From assembly GCA_038127535.1 (NCBI GenBank), contig JAYPHU010000011.1, positions 33,560 to 97,559 on the forward strand: a stretch of 64,000 bases of DNA, read 5' to 3'. Both the position numbers and the translations under genes were made by a program. The stretch's first letter is position 1; the number at the start of each line of letters is the position of its first letter. The notes under the pieces are model-generated. The model did not search any database. It had not been told where the DNA came from and saw nothing but the letters and a program-made list of their open reading frames with translations. The stretch comes from Rhodospirillaceae bacterium (GTDB taxonomy: Bacteria > Pseudomonadota > Alphaproteobacteria > Rhodospirillales > UBA2165). Below, piece by piece: positions 47,395 to 57,071 of this stretch.

Positions 47395-47853
47395 ATGGCG
47401 AAAGCAATGTTCGGCGCAGGATGTTTTTGGGGCGTGGAAGCGGCCTTCCGGCGGGTGGACGGGGTCACCGATGTGGCCGTCGGCTATTCCGGCGGGCAAA
47501 CGAAAAACCCCTCCTATGAAGAGGTTTGCAGCGGCCGAACCGGCCATACTGAGGTGGTGGAGGTTGATTTTGATCCGGACAAGGTCTCGTTCGAGACATT
47601 GCTTGACGTGTTTTGGGATATCCACGATCCAACCACGCTGAACCGTCAGGGCCCGGACATCGGGACACAATATCGCTCCGCCATCTATGTTTATGACGAT
47701 GCGCAGGCGGATCAGGCGCGGGCGTCGCTATTGAAAACCGACGAATCAGGCCGCTATCGGAATCCAATCGTGACCGAGATCACCGCCGCTAGTCCCTTCT
47801 ACCGCGGCGAGGAATACCACCAGCGCTACTTTGAGAAGCAAGGAAGACATTGA
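47395..47853 (+). CDS. msrA: peptide-methionine (S)-S-oxide reductase
   Basis: '[12 protein letters not shown]', 'GYSGG' and '[12 protein letters not shown]' are present, with an AAGGAG SD. Confidence 0.9.
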   Translation: MAKAMFGAGCFWGVEAAFRRVDGVTDVAVGYSGGQTKNPSYEEVCSGRTGHTEVVEVDFDPDKVSFETLLDVFWDIHDPTTLNRQGPDIGTQYRSAIYVYDDAQADQARASLLKTDESGRYRNPIVTEITAASPFYRGEEYHQRYFEKQGRH

Positions 47854-48033
47854 CTTATGTGGGGTGCGCCGCATCCCACCGGTAACCGTCATGCCCGAAC
47901 AAGCCGTCTTGGGCCGGTCAACGGACCGGCGTAACAGTCGCGTCCCGGGTAGCTATCCAGTTGTGCGCGCCGCTAGGCGCTTCGCGTATCCATTTTGTTT
48001 CCATCCTCACCCGCTTTGTCCGGGTGTCCCGCA

Positions 48034-48083
48034 CCCCCCCCCCACTCGCGGGGGAAGGTGGCCCGTAGGGCCGGATGGGGGGG
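48034..48083. terminator. GC-rich nested hairpin element between convergent msrA and uvrA (C10 ... GGCCC-GTA-GGGCC ... G7)
   Basis: Read directly. The C-run at 48034-48043 can pair with the G-run at 48077-48083, around a perfect 5-bp hairpin at 48060-48072. Confidence 0.3.
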
Positions 48084-48085
48084 CG

Positions 48086-50941
48086 CTACCCCGCTTTACG
48101 CTTTTTCTTTTTCTTCTTCTTGCCGAGGTAGGGCGCGAGGTATTGGCCGGTGAAGCTGTCGTCCACCTCGGCCACGTCTTCCGGCGTGCCGGCGGCGACC
48201 ACCCGGCCGCCCTTGTCGCCGCCTTCCGGGCCCATATCGATCAGCCAGTCGGCGGTCTTGATAACTTCCAGATTGTGCTCGATGACAATCACCGTGTTGC
48301 CCTGATCTACCAGCGCCTGCAGCACCTCGATCAGCTTTTTGACGTCCTCGAAGTGGAGGCCCGTGGTCGGTTCATCCAATATATAGAGGGTCTTGCCGGT
48401 AGCGCGGCGGGACAGTTCCTTGGCGAGCTTCACCCGTTGCGCCTCGCCGCCCGACAGAGTCGTCGCCTGCTGGCCGATATGGATATAGCCGAGGCCGACC
48501 CGGAACATGGTTTCCATCTTGTCCCGGATCACCGGTACCGCCTTGAAGAAATCCAGGCCTTCCTCGACGGTCATATCCAAGACGTCGGCGATAGACTTGC
48601 CGCGGAAGGTGATCTCCAGCGTTTCCCGGTTATAGCGCTTGCCCTTGCAGACATCACACTGGACATAGACGTCGGGCAGGAAGTGCATTTCGATTTTGAT
48701 GACGCCGTCGCCCTGACAGGCCTCACAGCGCCCGCCCTTCACGTTGAAGGAGAAGCGGCCCGGTTTATACCCCCGCGCTTTTGATTCCGGCAGGCCGGCG
48801 AACCAGTCGCGGATCGGGGTGAACGCGCCGGTATAGGTGGCGGGGTTGGAGCGCGGCGTGCGGCCGATGGGGGACTGGTCGATGTCCACCACCTTGTCCA
48901 GGAACTCCGTGCCTTCCAGCTTATCGTGCGCGCCGGGATGCACCCGGGTGCCGTTGAGCCGGCGGGCCAGCGCCTTATAAAGAGTCTCGATCACCAATGT
49001 GGATTTACCGCCGCCGGATACCCCGGTGATGCAGGTGAGGGTGCCCAAGGGGAAATCGACGTCCACATCCTGCAGATTGTTTTCGGACGCGCCTTTGACG
49101 GTGAGCTTATGGCCCTTGTGGCCGGAGCGACGGTCTTTCGGCACCTCGATCTGGCGGAAGCCGGTGAGGTATTGCCCGGTGAGACTTTCGCTGGCCTTCA
49201 TGATCTCTTGCGGCGTGCCGCAGGCGACGACCTGGCCGCCGTGGATGCCGGCGCCGGGGCCGATATCGACGATATAGTCGGCGGTGCTGATGGCTTCTTC
49301 GTCATGTTCCACGACGACCACCGAGTTGCCGAGATCGCGCAGCCGTTTGAGTGTCTCCAACAGCCGGCCGTTGTCCCGCTGGTGCAGGCCGATAGACGGT
49401 TCGTCGAGCACGTACAGCACGCCGGTGAGCCCCGAGCCGATCTGGGAGGCCAGGCGAATGCGCTGGCTTTCCCCGCCGGAGAGTGTCCGCGATGAGCGCG
49501 CCAGGGTCAGATACTCCAGGCCGACGTTTTTTAGGAAGCCTAAGCGCTCATTGATCTCGCGAAGAATCCGCCGGGCGATCTCGTTCTGCTTGTCGGTCAG
49601 ACGCTTGTCGAGGCCGGCGAACCAAGCCCCCACATCGTCGATGGACATGCGCGCGACCTTGCCGATATGGTGGTCGTCGATCTTCACCGCCAGGGCCTCG
49701 GGCTTGAGGCGGTATCCCTCACAGGCGTCGCAAGTGGTGGTGGTCTGGTATTTTGAAAGCTCGTCCCGGATCCAGCTTGAGTCCGTCTCCCGCCAGCGCC
49801 GTTCCATATTAGGCAGTACGCCCTCGAACGGTTTCTTCAGGTCATAGGACTGCTTGCCGTCGTCATAGCTCATCTTCACCGGCGTGTTGCCGGAGCCGTT
49901 GAGGATCGCGTCCTTGTGCTTTTTCTTGAGCTTGGTCCAGGGCGTCTTTAGATCAAACCCATAGTGATCGGCCAGGCTTTCCAAGGTTTGGCGATAGTAT
50001 TGTGAGCTCGACTCCGCCCATGGAGCGAGAGCCCCTTCGCCCAGGGAAAGCCGGTCGTCGGGCACCACCAGTTCCGGATCAAAGAACATCTGAGTGCCGA
50101 GCCCGTCGCAGGACGGGCAGGCGCCGAACGGGTTGTTGAAGGAAAACAGCCGGGGTTCGATCTCGTCGATGGTGAAGCCCGACACCGGGCACGCGAACTT
50201 GGCGGAGAACGTTACCCGGTCGCCGGAATCCGCATCCTCGGCAAAGGCCAGCCCGTTAGCCAGGTCCAGCGCCGTTTCGAAGCTATCGGCCAGGCGCTGT
50301 GCCAGGCCTTCGCGGACCACTAGGCGGTCCACCACCACTTCAATATCGTGCTTGAAATTCTTCTCGAGCGCCGGGGCCTCGTCGATCTCGTAATGCTCCC
50401 CGTCTACCTTGACCCGCTGGAAACCCTTCTTGGCCAGCTCCTGCAACTCTTTGCGGTATTCGCCCTTGCGACCGCGCACGATGGGGGCCAGCAGATAGAG
50501 CCGCGTGCCCTCGTCCATCTCCATCACTCGATCGACCATCTGCGACACGGTTTGCGCCTCGATGGGCCGGCCGGTTTCCGGGGAATAGGGGATGCCGATC
50601 CGCGCAAACATCAGCCGCATGTAATCGTATATCTCGGTGACCGTGCCGACCGTGGAGCGCGGGTTGCGGGACGTGGTTTTCTGCTCGATGGAAATGGCCG
50701 GCGACAGGCCTTCGATGGAATCCACGTCCGGCTTTTGCATCAGCTCCAGGAACTGGCGGGCATAGGCCGACAGGCTTTCCACATAGCGGCGCTGACCTTC
50801 CGCATAGATGGTATCGAACGCCAAAGACGACTTGCCGGAGCCCGACAGACCGGTGATCACGGTCAGGGACTCCCGGGGTATATCCACGTCGATATTCTTC
50901 AGATTGTGCTCTCGGGCACCGCGAACTTGGATGTCTGCCAT
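48086..50941 (-). CDS. uvrA: excinuclease ABC subunit A
   Basis: '[20 protein letters not shown]', '[23 protein letters not shown]', two ABC modules and zinc-finger Cys clusters are present. Confidence 0.97.
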   Translation of the reverse strand: MADIQVRGAREHNLKNIDVDIPRESLTVITGLSGSGKSSLAFDTIYAEGQRRYVESLSAYARQFLELMQKPDVDSIEGLSPAISIEQKTTSRNPRSTVGTVTEIYDYMRLMFARIGIPYSPETGRPIEAQTVSQMVDRVMEMDEGTRLYLLAPIVRGRKGEYRKELQELAKKGFQRVKVDGEHYEIDEAPALEKNFKHDIEVVVDRLVVREGLAQRLADSFETALDLANGLAFAEDADSGDRVTFSAKFACPVSGFTIDEIEPRLFSFNNPFGACPSCDGLGTQMFFDPELVVPDDRLSLGEGALAPWAESSSQYYRQTLESLADHYGFDLKTPWTKLKKKHKDAILNGSGNTPVKMSYDDGKQSYDLKKPFEGVLPNMERRWRETDSSWIRDELSKYQTTTTCDACEGYRLKPEALAVKIDDHHIGKVARMSIDDVGAWFAGLDKRLTDKQNEIARRILREINERLGFLKNVGLEYLTLARSSRTLSGGESQRIRLASQIGSGLTGVLYVLDEPSIGLHQRDNGRLLETLKRLRDLGNSVVVVEHDEEAISTADYIVDIGPGAGIHGGQVVACGTPQEIMKASESLTGQYLTGFRQIEVPKDRRSGHKGHKLTVKGASENNLQDVDVDFPLGTLTCITGVSGGGKSTLVIETLYKALARRLNGTRVHPGAHDKLEGTEFLDKVVDIDQSPIGRTPRSNPATYTGAFTPIRDWFAGLPESKARGYKPGRFSFNVKGGRCEACQGDGVIKIEMHFLPDVYVQCDVCKGKRYNRETLEITFRGKSIADVLDMTVEEGLDFFKAVPVIRDKMETMFRVGLGYIHIGQQATTLSGGEAQRVKLAKELSRRATGKTLYILDEPTTGLHFEDVKKLIEVLQALVDQGNTVIVIEHNLEVIKTADWLIDMGPEGGDKGGRVVAAGTPEDVAEVDDSFTGQYLAPYLGKKKKKKKRKAG

Positions 50942-51002
50942 GGGGATTTATATGGACCGCCGGACCGGAAAAAGCGAGTCCGGAGTTTCCGGGTTTTGCT
51001 CC

Positions 51003-52196
51003 TTACCCCAGCTCCCCCGCCTTTTTGCCGCCTTTGAGCGCGCTAGCGGAGAAGCTGAATAGCGCCATGAACACGGCGAGGCCGGCGGCGGTGAAATAGA
51101 GCGCATCGAAATCATAAAACGCCAACAGAACCCCCGCGCCGGCCGGGGCCAGCACGTGAGCAGTCCGCAGCGCCAGGCCATTCATTGAGGAAAAGGTGGA
51201 GCGCAGATTGTCCGGGGCAATGTTCAATAGATGTACCTGCACCAATGGCCGGATGATGCCGAACGCCCCGCCATAGCAGAGCCCGGAAATCAGAATCCCG
51301 AACGGTCCCCAGGCGACGGGCACCACGGCCATGCCGACGGCCAGGATCAAAAACCCACAGGTGATGAGCTGTCGGGTGGTGAACCGGTCGGTCAGCTTGG
51401 CAATGAAAGTCGCCATCATGGTGCCGGAGAGCGCCCGGGCTGAGATCACGAAGCCGATGATCAGTGCCGGCACGCCGAACCGGTCGTTCATGAAGGTCGG
51501 GATATAAGATATAAATGCGCCGAACCCGGTGAAGATAAAGCCGAAGGTCATGAAGCAGAGCTCCAGCACCTCGCGCTGGCGGATGTGGGTCCAGGCGTGG
51601 CCGAAATAACTGCGGGAGCTGCCGGCGCTGCGCTTGGACGTATTGTTGTCCAGGTAAATCCAGACAAAGAAGCCCAGCGGGATGCCCAGCGCCGCCGACA
51701 GGAACGGGTAGTACCAGACCAGCCCGGCCAGAATGCCGCCGATCAGCGGCAGCAGCCCCGCGCCGATGTTCTGCAGCGCGCTGGTGTAGCTGGTGACCAC
51801 CACCCGGTCGCGGCCGGAGAAGAGGTCGGGCACCAGGGCCACGTTGAGTGTGGACAGGCAGCTCGCCCCAACGCCTTGGAGAAAGCGCAAGACGACGATG
51901 GTCTCCGCGTTCGGCGCAAAGCTGATCGCCGTGCCGGCCAGGGAAAACACAAAGATCGACGGGACGATCACCATTTTCTTGCCGAACGTGTCGGCCAGAA
52001 AAGCGGTCAGCGGCACGAACACCAGGGCGGGCAGGGCGAAGGACGACATCATCATCCAGCCGATATCCGCGTTGGCGATTCCGAGTTCCTTCTGCACCGC
52101 CGGCATGGCCGGACCGATGATGGGAATGCCGAGAAGGCTGACGAAGGTGACCGACAACACGATCTGCGTGCTGCGGAGCGAGAGAAGGTGCGACAT
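51003..52196 (-). CDS. MFS transporter
   Basis: 12 TM segments, with a motif-A-like 'LADTFGKK'. Confidence 0.8.
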   Translation of the reverse strand: MSHLLSLRSTQIVLSVTFVSLLGIPIIGPAMPAVQKELGIANADIGWMMMSSFALPALVFVPLTAFLADTFGKKMVIVPSIFVFSLAGTAISFAPNAETIVVLRFLQGVGASCLSTLNVALVPDLFSGRDRVVVTSYTSALQNIGAGLLPLIGGILAGLVWYYPFLSAALGIPLGFFVWIYLDNNTSKRSAGSSRSYFGHAWTHIRQREVLELCFMTFGFIFTGFGAFISYIPTFMNDRFGVPALIIGFVISARALSGTMMATFIAKLTDRFTTRQLITCGFLILAVGMAVVPVAWGPFGILISGLCYGGAFGIIRPLVQVHLLNIAPDNLRSTFSSMNGLALRTAHVLAPAGAGVLLAFYDFDALYFTAAGLAVFMALFSFSASALKGGKKAGELG

Positions 52197-52336
52197 GGCG
52201 TTTCAATATACGGTTCTTTGACGAGCGGAAAGCGCGCAGATTCGCGGCCTTTTAAAGTGGCCCTTTGTTCGCTATACCAAACTTATGATTTAAGAAGAAA
52301 ACCGGCGGAAATAACGGACCGGATCGGAGAAAGAAC

Positions 52337-53314
52337 ATGCAAAAGCTGGACCTTAAGGTTGCCGACATTCAGCAACTAACCTCGGGCATCAAGCGGTTTG
52401 AATTCGTCAATGCGGCGGGCGGCGATTTGCCCGCCTTCAGCGCCGGAGCGCACATTGATTTTCACCTGGAAAAAGGGCTGATCCGCTCCTATTCCCTGGC
52501 CAATGATCCGTCGGAAACCCACCGCTATGTCACCGCGATCCTGCGGGAAGGCTCGGGCGGCGGCGGCTCTCTCTATATGCACGATAACGTCAACGTTGGC
52601 GACACGCTGACCATCACCGAACCGGCCAACAACTTTGCCCTGGTGGATAACGCCAGCCAACACATCATGCTGGCCGGCGGCATCGGCATCACGCCGTTGA
52701 TGGCCATGGGTTATCACCTGAAGGCCGGCGGTGGCGGGCGGCATCTGCACTATTGCACCAAGTCCCGTGAGGAAACCGCTTTCGCCGACACGGTGGAAGA
52801 GCTGTTCGGCGACGATCTAACCTTCTATCACGACGGCGGCGATCCCTCGAAGGGAATCAACCTTGCCGAGACGTTCAAGGACCGGCCCGACGGCGCGCAT
52901 CTTTACATCTGCGGTCCCGGCGGTCTCCTGAAGGCGGCGCGGGAAGCGACCGAGCATTGGCCCGCCGGCACGGTGCACTTCGAGCTGTTTCAAAGCCTCA
53001 AGACCGAAGAGGAAAAAGCGGTGGATGCGGCCGAGCAGCACGAGGGTGATCAATCGTTTGAGGTGGAGCTGGCGCAGACCGGTAAGACCCTGACCATCCC
53101 CGCCGACAAGTCGATCCTGGAGGTGCTCTGGGAGAACGATATCGAGGTGATGCACGCTTGCGAGGAAGGCTGGTGCGGCAACTGCGTCGTCGATTATCTG
53201 GGCGGCGGCGTGGATCACCGGGACGAAGTCCTGGACGAGGAAGAGCAGAAGACGAAAATGCAGGTCTGCATCTCCCGCGCACTACCGGGCGAAAAGATCA
53301 TCTTGGATTTGTAG
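52337..53314 (+). CDS. PDR/VanB-family oxidoreductase (flavin reductase domain + NAD-binding domain + plant-type 2Fe-2S)
   Basis: 'RSYSL' (RxYS flavin motif), 'MLAGGIGITP' and the C-terminal 'CEEGWCGNCV...QVCISR' are present. Confidence 0.8.
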   Translation: MQKLDLKVADIQQLTSGIKRFEFVNAAGGDLPAFSAGAHIDFHLEKGLIRSYSLANDPSETHRYVTAILREGSGGGGSLYMHDNVNVGDTLTITEPANNFALVDNASQHIMLAGGIGITPLMAMGYHLKAGGGGRHLHYCTKSREETAFADTVEELFGDDLTFYHDGGDPSKGINLAETFKDRPDGAHLYICGPGGLLKAAREATEHWPAGTVHFELFQSLKTEEEKAVDAAEQHEGDQSFEVELAQTGKTLTIPADKSILEVLWENDIEVMHACEEGWCGNCVVDYLGGGVDHRDEVLDEEEQKTKMQVCISRALPGEKIILDL

Positions 53315-53845
53315 GGGTATCCTTTTCCCATCAAGGTGGGTATGTGGATCACGGACGGCGTGGCCGTCAGGTCCGCGCATGACTAGTGAAAAAAACCGTC
53401 TGTTTAAATTAGTCATCCACGGGGCCGAGTAGCGGTGACCCATGGACCCACGTTTTTAACCACGAGGGTAACATAGGATACGAAGGCGGATGAGTTGCCC
53501 GATCCCTTCGTGCACTTCGTGTTCTTGGTGTTGAATTTTTTCTTTTTAATCTTAATGCGTCGCCCCGAGTTGGCGTAGCCAAGGCTCGTAGGACCATGAT
53601 CCGGTATCCTTGGTTCCCCGAAACGGCTTCGCCTACCCGGAACCAGTCGGGGCACAAGGGTCGGGGATGACGCATTTGGGGCGTCGGCAGATCGGCCATG
53701 CCGAAGGAAAAAATGGCAGAAACTCCGCCGCATTCTCAAAAACCCCCTCTGGCTCCGCCATGGGCAACTTAGTGCGTGAACCCTCCAGGGAATCGCGCTA
53801 GTAGTTTTGTCCTAATCACGAATTCGAAAAGGTGGAGATAGGCCC

Positions 53846-54331
53846 ATGGCTGGCAGCGTGAATAAAGTTATCCTCGTCGGAAACCTGGGACGGGACCCGG
53901 AAGTACGGTTCTCCCAGGATGGCAACAAAATCGTCAACATGTCCGTCGCGACGTCCGAAACCTGGAACGACAGGAACTCCGGCGAACGGCGGGAAAAGAC
54001 CGAATGGCACCGGGTGGTTATCTTTAACGACCGCCTCGCCGAGGTCGCAGAAAAATATCTCAACAAAGGCTCCAAAGTGTATCTGGAAGGACAGCTCCAG
54101 ACCCGCAAATGGACTGGCAATGACGGTATCGAAAAGTATACGACCGAAGTCGTTCTGAACCGTTTCCGGGGCGAGCTGATCATGCTGGATTCCCGGAGCG
54201 GCGGCGGTGGCGGCGGCCAGGATTACGGCTCGTCGTCGCAAGATTCCGGCTATGGCGGCGATTCCGTCGGCAACCAGGGCGGCGGTGGTTCCGGTCCCGG
54301 CGACGATCTGGATGATGAAATTCCGTTCTAA
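53846..54331 (+). CDS. ssb: single-stranded DNA-binding protein
   Basis: '[17 protein letters not shown]', 'TEWHRVVIF', a Gly-rich linker and the 'DDLDDEIPF' tail are present. Confidence 0.95.
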   Translation: MAGSVNKVILVGNLGRDPEVRFSQDGNKIVNMSVATSETWNDRNSGERREKTEWHRVVIFNDRLAEVAEKYLNKGSKVYLEGQLQTRKWTGNDGIEKYTTEVVLNRFRGELIMLDSRSGGGGGGQDYGSSSQDSGYGGDSVGNQGGGGSGPGDDLDDEIPF

Positions 54332-54380
54332 ATCCCTATATAATGGGGAGAGCGAGACCACTTAACCCCCGGATTGATCC

Positions 54381-55214
54381 ATGACGGAATCGATCGACAG
54401 TATAAGAGAGCGCCTGCGCCAGGTTTCCACAGCCGCGGAAGTCGATATCGACATCGCCGATACGGCACTGTTGCTTGCCTCGCTGGAAGAGCCGGCGGTC
54501 AAGCTGACGCCCTATTATGAACACCTGGCGCAGATCGCCGATGATATGTCGGCAGCCGCCAAAGGCGTCGGCCATGTGCGCGACCGGGCAGCCGCCTTGT
54601 CGGACGTGATCTTCCGCCACCACGGCTATCGAGGTGATGCGGAAACCTACGACGATCCCCAGAACGCCAACCTGATGCGGGTCATCGATCGGCGGATGGG
54701 GCTGCCCGTGGCGCTAGGTATAATATTAATCCATGCGGCGCGGTCGCAAGGGTGGGCTATCACCGGAATCAATTTCCCAGATCACTTTGTCTTGCGTCTG
54801 ACCGGCGACGGGGAACAGGCGATCATTGACCCGTTCTACAAGGCCAAGCGCCTCACCATTGATAACCTGCAGGGCCTGTTGATCCAACGGCAGGGGCCGG
54901 CGGCGAAGCTGCGCGCTGAGTATCTGCAGGGAGTTAGTGACCGGGACGTCTTGTTGCGCCTGCAGAATAATATCAAGTCCCGCGCCCTGGCGGATGGGGA
55001 TCAGGAGCGGGCCATGGAAATCCTGGACACAATGGTGTTGTTGTCGCCGGACAACGCCAGTTTGGTCTCCGAAATGGCGGTGCTGGAAACCGAGTCGGGC
55101 AATATCCGCGCGGCGCTTCGCCGGCTGCACAATTTCCTGGATGCGAGACCGACCCATCCGCAACAGGATCAGGTCAGTATGCTGGTGCAAAATCTAAAGC
55201 GCCGCCTAAATTGA
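54381..55214 (+). CDS. SirB1-like protein (transglutaminase-like N-domain + TPR-like C-domain)
   Basis: 'YDDPQNANLMRVIDRRMGLPVALGIILIHAARSQGW...INFPDHFVLRL' followed by a helical repeat region. Confidence 0.65.
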   Translation: MTESIDSIRERLRQVSTAAEVDIDIADTALLLASLEEPAVKLTPYYEHLAQIADDMSAAAKGVGHVRDRAAALSDVIFRHHGYRGDAETYDDPQNANLMRVIDRRMGLPVALGIILIHAARSQGWAITGINFPDHFVLRLTGDGEQAIIDPFYKAKRLTIDNLQGLLIQRQGPAAKLRAEYLQGVSDRDVLLRLQNNIKSRALADGDQERAMEILDTMVLLSPDNASLVSEMAVLETESGNIRAALRRLHNFLDARPTHPQQDQVSMLVQNLKRRLN

Positions 55215-55215
55215 G

Positions 55216-55980
55216 ATGAGCCTCAATTTTCTTTCCTGGGGCGATGGACCGCCCCTGGTCATTCTCCACGGACTCTTCGGCTCCGCCCGCAACTGGACCA
55301 GCATCGGCAAGGCGCTGGCGGATGATTACCGCGTCATCGCCGTCGATATGCCGAACCACGGGTCAAGCCCGTGGCAGGATGATGTCTCCTACACCGCCAT
55401 GGCGCAGACCGTGGGCAGTTTCTTGCAGCGGGAGGGACTGGGCAGTGCGCCGGTGCTGGGACACAGTATGGGTGGCAAGACAGCCATGGCGCTGGCGTTG
55501 ATGCAGCCCGAACTGATCGGAAGATTATTCGTGTTGGATATCGCGCCGGTCACGTACGACCACGACAACAATCTGTATATCAAGGCGATGGAGGCCGTCG
55601 ATCTGGACAACCTCACTGGCCGTGGCGACGCGGATGACACCCTGGCAGAATGGGTGGATGACCCCAACCTGCGGGGGTTCTTTTTGCTCAATCTGGTGCG
55701 GGACGGAGATGGCTATGTGTGGCAGATCAATCTGCCCGCGCTGAAATCTGGTCTTTCAGACCTACACAGCTTTCCAGATTTCACTGGTCAATCTTATGAC
55801 GGCCCCGCGCTTTTTGTGGGCGGGGAAAAGTCCGACTACATCCTACCGGCGTACCACGGTCTTATCGGCCAACTCTTTCCGGCATCGGACATTCAGTCCA
55901 TCCCCGGCGTCGGGCATTGGGTGCACGCGGAAAAGCCGGCGGAAGTTACCGCCGCGATCCGGTCGTTCTTGGAAGCTTAA
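55216..55980 (+). CDS. alpha/beta hydrolase (YbfF-type esterase-like)
   Basis: 'LVILHGLFGSARNW', 'GHSMGGK' and 'GHWVHAEKP' are present. Confidence 0.75.
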   Translation: MSLNFLSWGDGPPLVILHGLFGSARNWTSIGKALADDYRVIAVDMPNHGSSPWQDDVSYTAMAQTVGSFLQREGLGSAPVLGHSMGGKTAMALALMQPELIGRLFVLDIAPVTYDHDNNLYIKAMEAVDLDNLTGRGDADDTLAEWVDDPNLRGFFLLNLVRDGDGYVWQINLPALKSGLSDLHSFPDFTGQSYDGPALFVGGEKSDYILPAYHGLIGQLFPASDIQSIPGVGHWVHAEKPAEVTAAIRSFLEA

Positions 55981-56666
55981 TCAGGCCGTTCCAGGCCGGA
56001 GTAGGTCATACTGTCCCACTCCGCGAACCACAGGTCCGCATAGCCACAGTCTTTGTATTCGTCGAAATACGGCCCGCCCGTGGTGAAGTGCAGGTTGGAC
56101 AGCTCTTCCTTGGGGAGTTCCGGATCATAGTCGACCAAATGGTTCCATTTGTGGGGAATGTCGCCGATAAGGTCTTCGCTCTCCAGCCAGCGGAAACGGT
56201 GCAGCTCTAGACCGCTCGCTGTGTTCACGTAGTCCGGGGTCAGTGCGGTGCATTTTACGTTGTTGAACAGCATGACGCTGGACCAGTTTTTCTTCTCGTA
56301 GGTGGTCTGGACCTGGTCGAGGAACTTCTTTTGCTCTTTGGGGCGGTGGTCGTGCTTCACGCATTGCACGGCGAATTGATCATCCCGCAGTTCCCACAGG
56401 TTGGCCATGTCGTCCAAGACCAGCATGTCGCAGTCCATGAACAGAGCCCAGCCTTCATGGCCGCACAGGTGCGGCACCAGGAAGCGGGAGAAGGAAAAGT
56501 CCGTCGATTGAAGGTTGTGCCGTTCCCGCCAGAGGAGCCCATCAAGCTGGCTTAGCATCAGAGGGGCGATAGTTACGGGCTCAGAGCACCGCCGGTGGAT
56601 CGAATGGCAGAGCACATTGTAAGCGACCGCTTCACGTGGGTCGTATCCGATGAAGATTTTTATCAT
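55977..56666 (-). CDS. GT8-like glycosyltransferase (DxD)
   Basis: 'FSFSRFLVPHLCGHEGWALFMDCDMLVLDDMANLWEL' is present, and the ORF overlaps the 3' end of the convergent hydrolase gene by 4 nt. Confidence 0.6.
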   Translation of the reverse strand: MIKIFIGYDPREAVAYNVLCHSIHRRCSEPVTIAPLMLSQLDGLLWRERHNLQSTDFSFSRFLVPHLCGHEGWALFMDCDMLVLDDMANLWELRDDQFAVQCVKHDHRPKEQKKFLDQVQTTYEKKNWSSVMLFNNVKCTALTPDYVNTASGLELHRFRWLESEDLIGDIPHKWNHLVDYDPELPKEELSNLHFTTGGPYFDEYKDCGYADLWFAEWDSMTYSGLERPD

Positions 56667-56735
56667 GGTGCTGGAAATAGGGGTTAGAGAGAGTCGCTCA
56701 ACTTTTCAAACTCTAACACGAAGGGCTGTGCTCGG

Positions 56736-57068
56736 ATCAGTCCTTGGGCGGCAGGGAGCCGGCAAAGGGTACCCCGGAGTCGATCCAGCGCCTCAATTCG
56801 TCTATATCGGCGATCTTATCCGACGCCACCATCACCCAGCCGCGCATGGGCTTGCCGGTGATATCAAATTCTTCCACCAAGTCTTCTTCCAGCGCGCCTT
56901 TGTAGGCATCGGGCCAACACGGACGATGAGGCTATTCTTGGGGACGCCGCAGGCCAAATTGCCGTTCAGGAAGTACGCAATCCCGCCGATCATCTTCTTG
57001 GCGGTGATTTCCGGGCGCGCGGCCAAATGGGTCTCGATGCGTCCGGCGAGATCGGTATCGTAGGCCAT
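56736..57068 (-). pseudogene. TfoX N-terminal-domain protein with two compensating 1-nt homopolymer indels (about 56911-56913 and 56819-56821)
   Basis: The N-terminus 'AKKMIGGIAYFLNGNLACGV...LIVRVGP' is family-typical. The next 31 codons read sensibly only in another frame ('DAYKGALEEDLVEEFDITGKPMRGWVMVAS'). The original frame then resumes ('DKIADIDELRRWIDSGVPFAGSLPPKD*'). Confidence 0.6.
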
Positions 57069-57071
57069 ATC

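Noticed and set aside
53413-53739. 108-aa and 96-aa minus-strand ORFs upstream of ssb.
   Set aside because: The sequence is highly basic and low-complexity ('RRIKIKKKKFNTKNTKCTKG'), runs through a T-rich tract and has no SD. The region is treated as non-coding.
50942-53845. A search for alphaproteobacterial LexA boxes (GTTC-N7-GTTC / GAAC-N7-GAAC) in front of uvrA and ssb.
   Set aside because: Only an imperfect GAAC-N7-GGAA near 53787-53801 was seen. There is no perfect direct repeat, so no SOS box is claimed.
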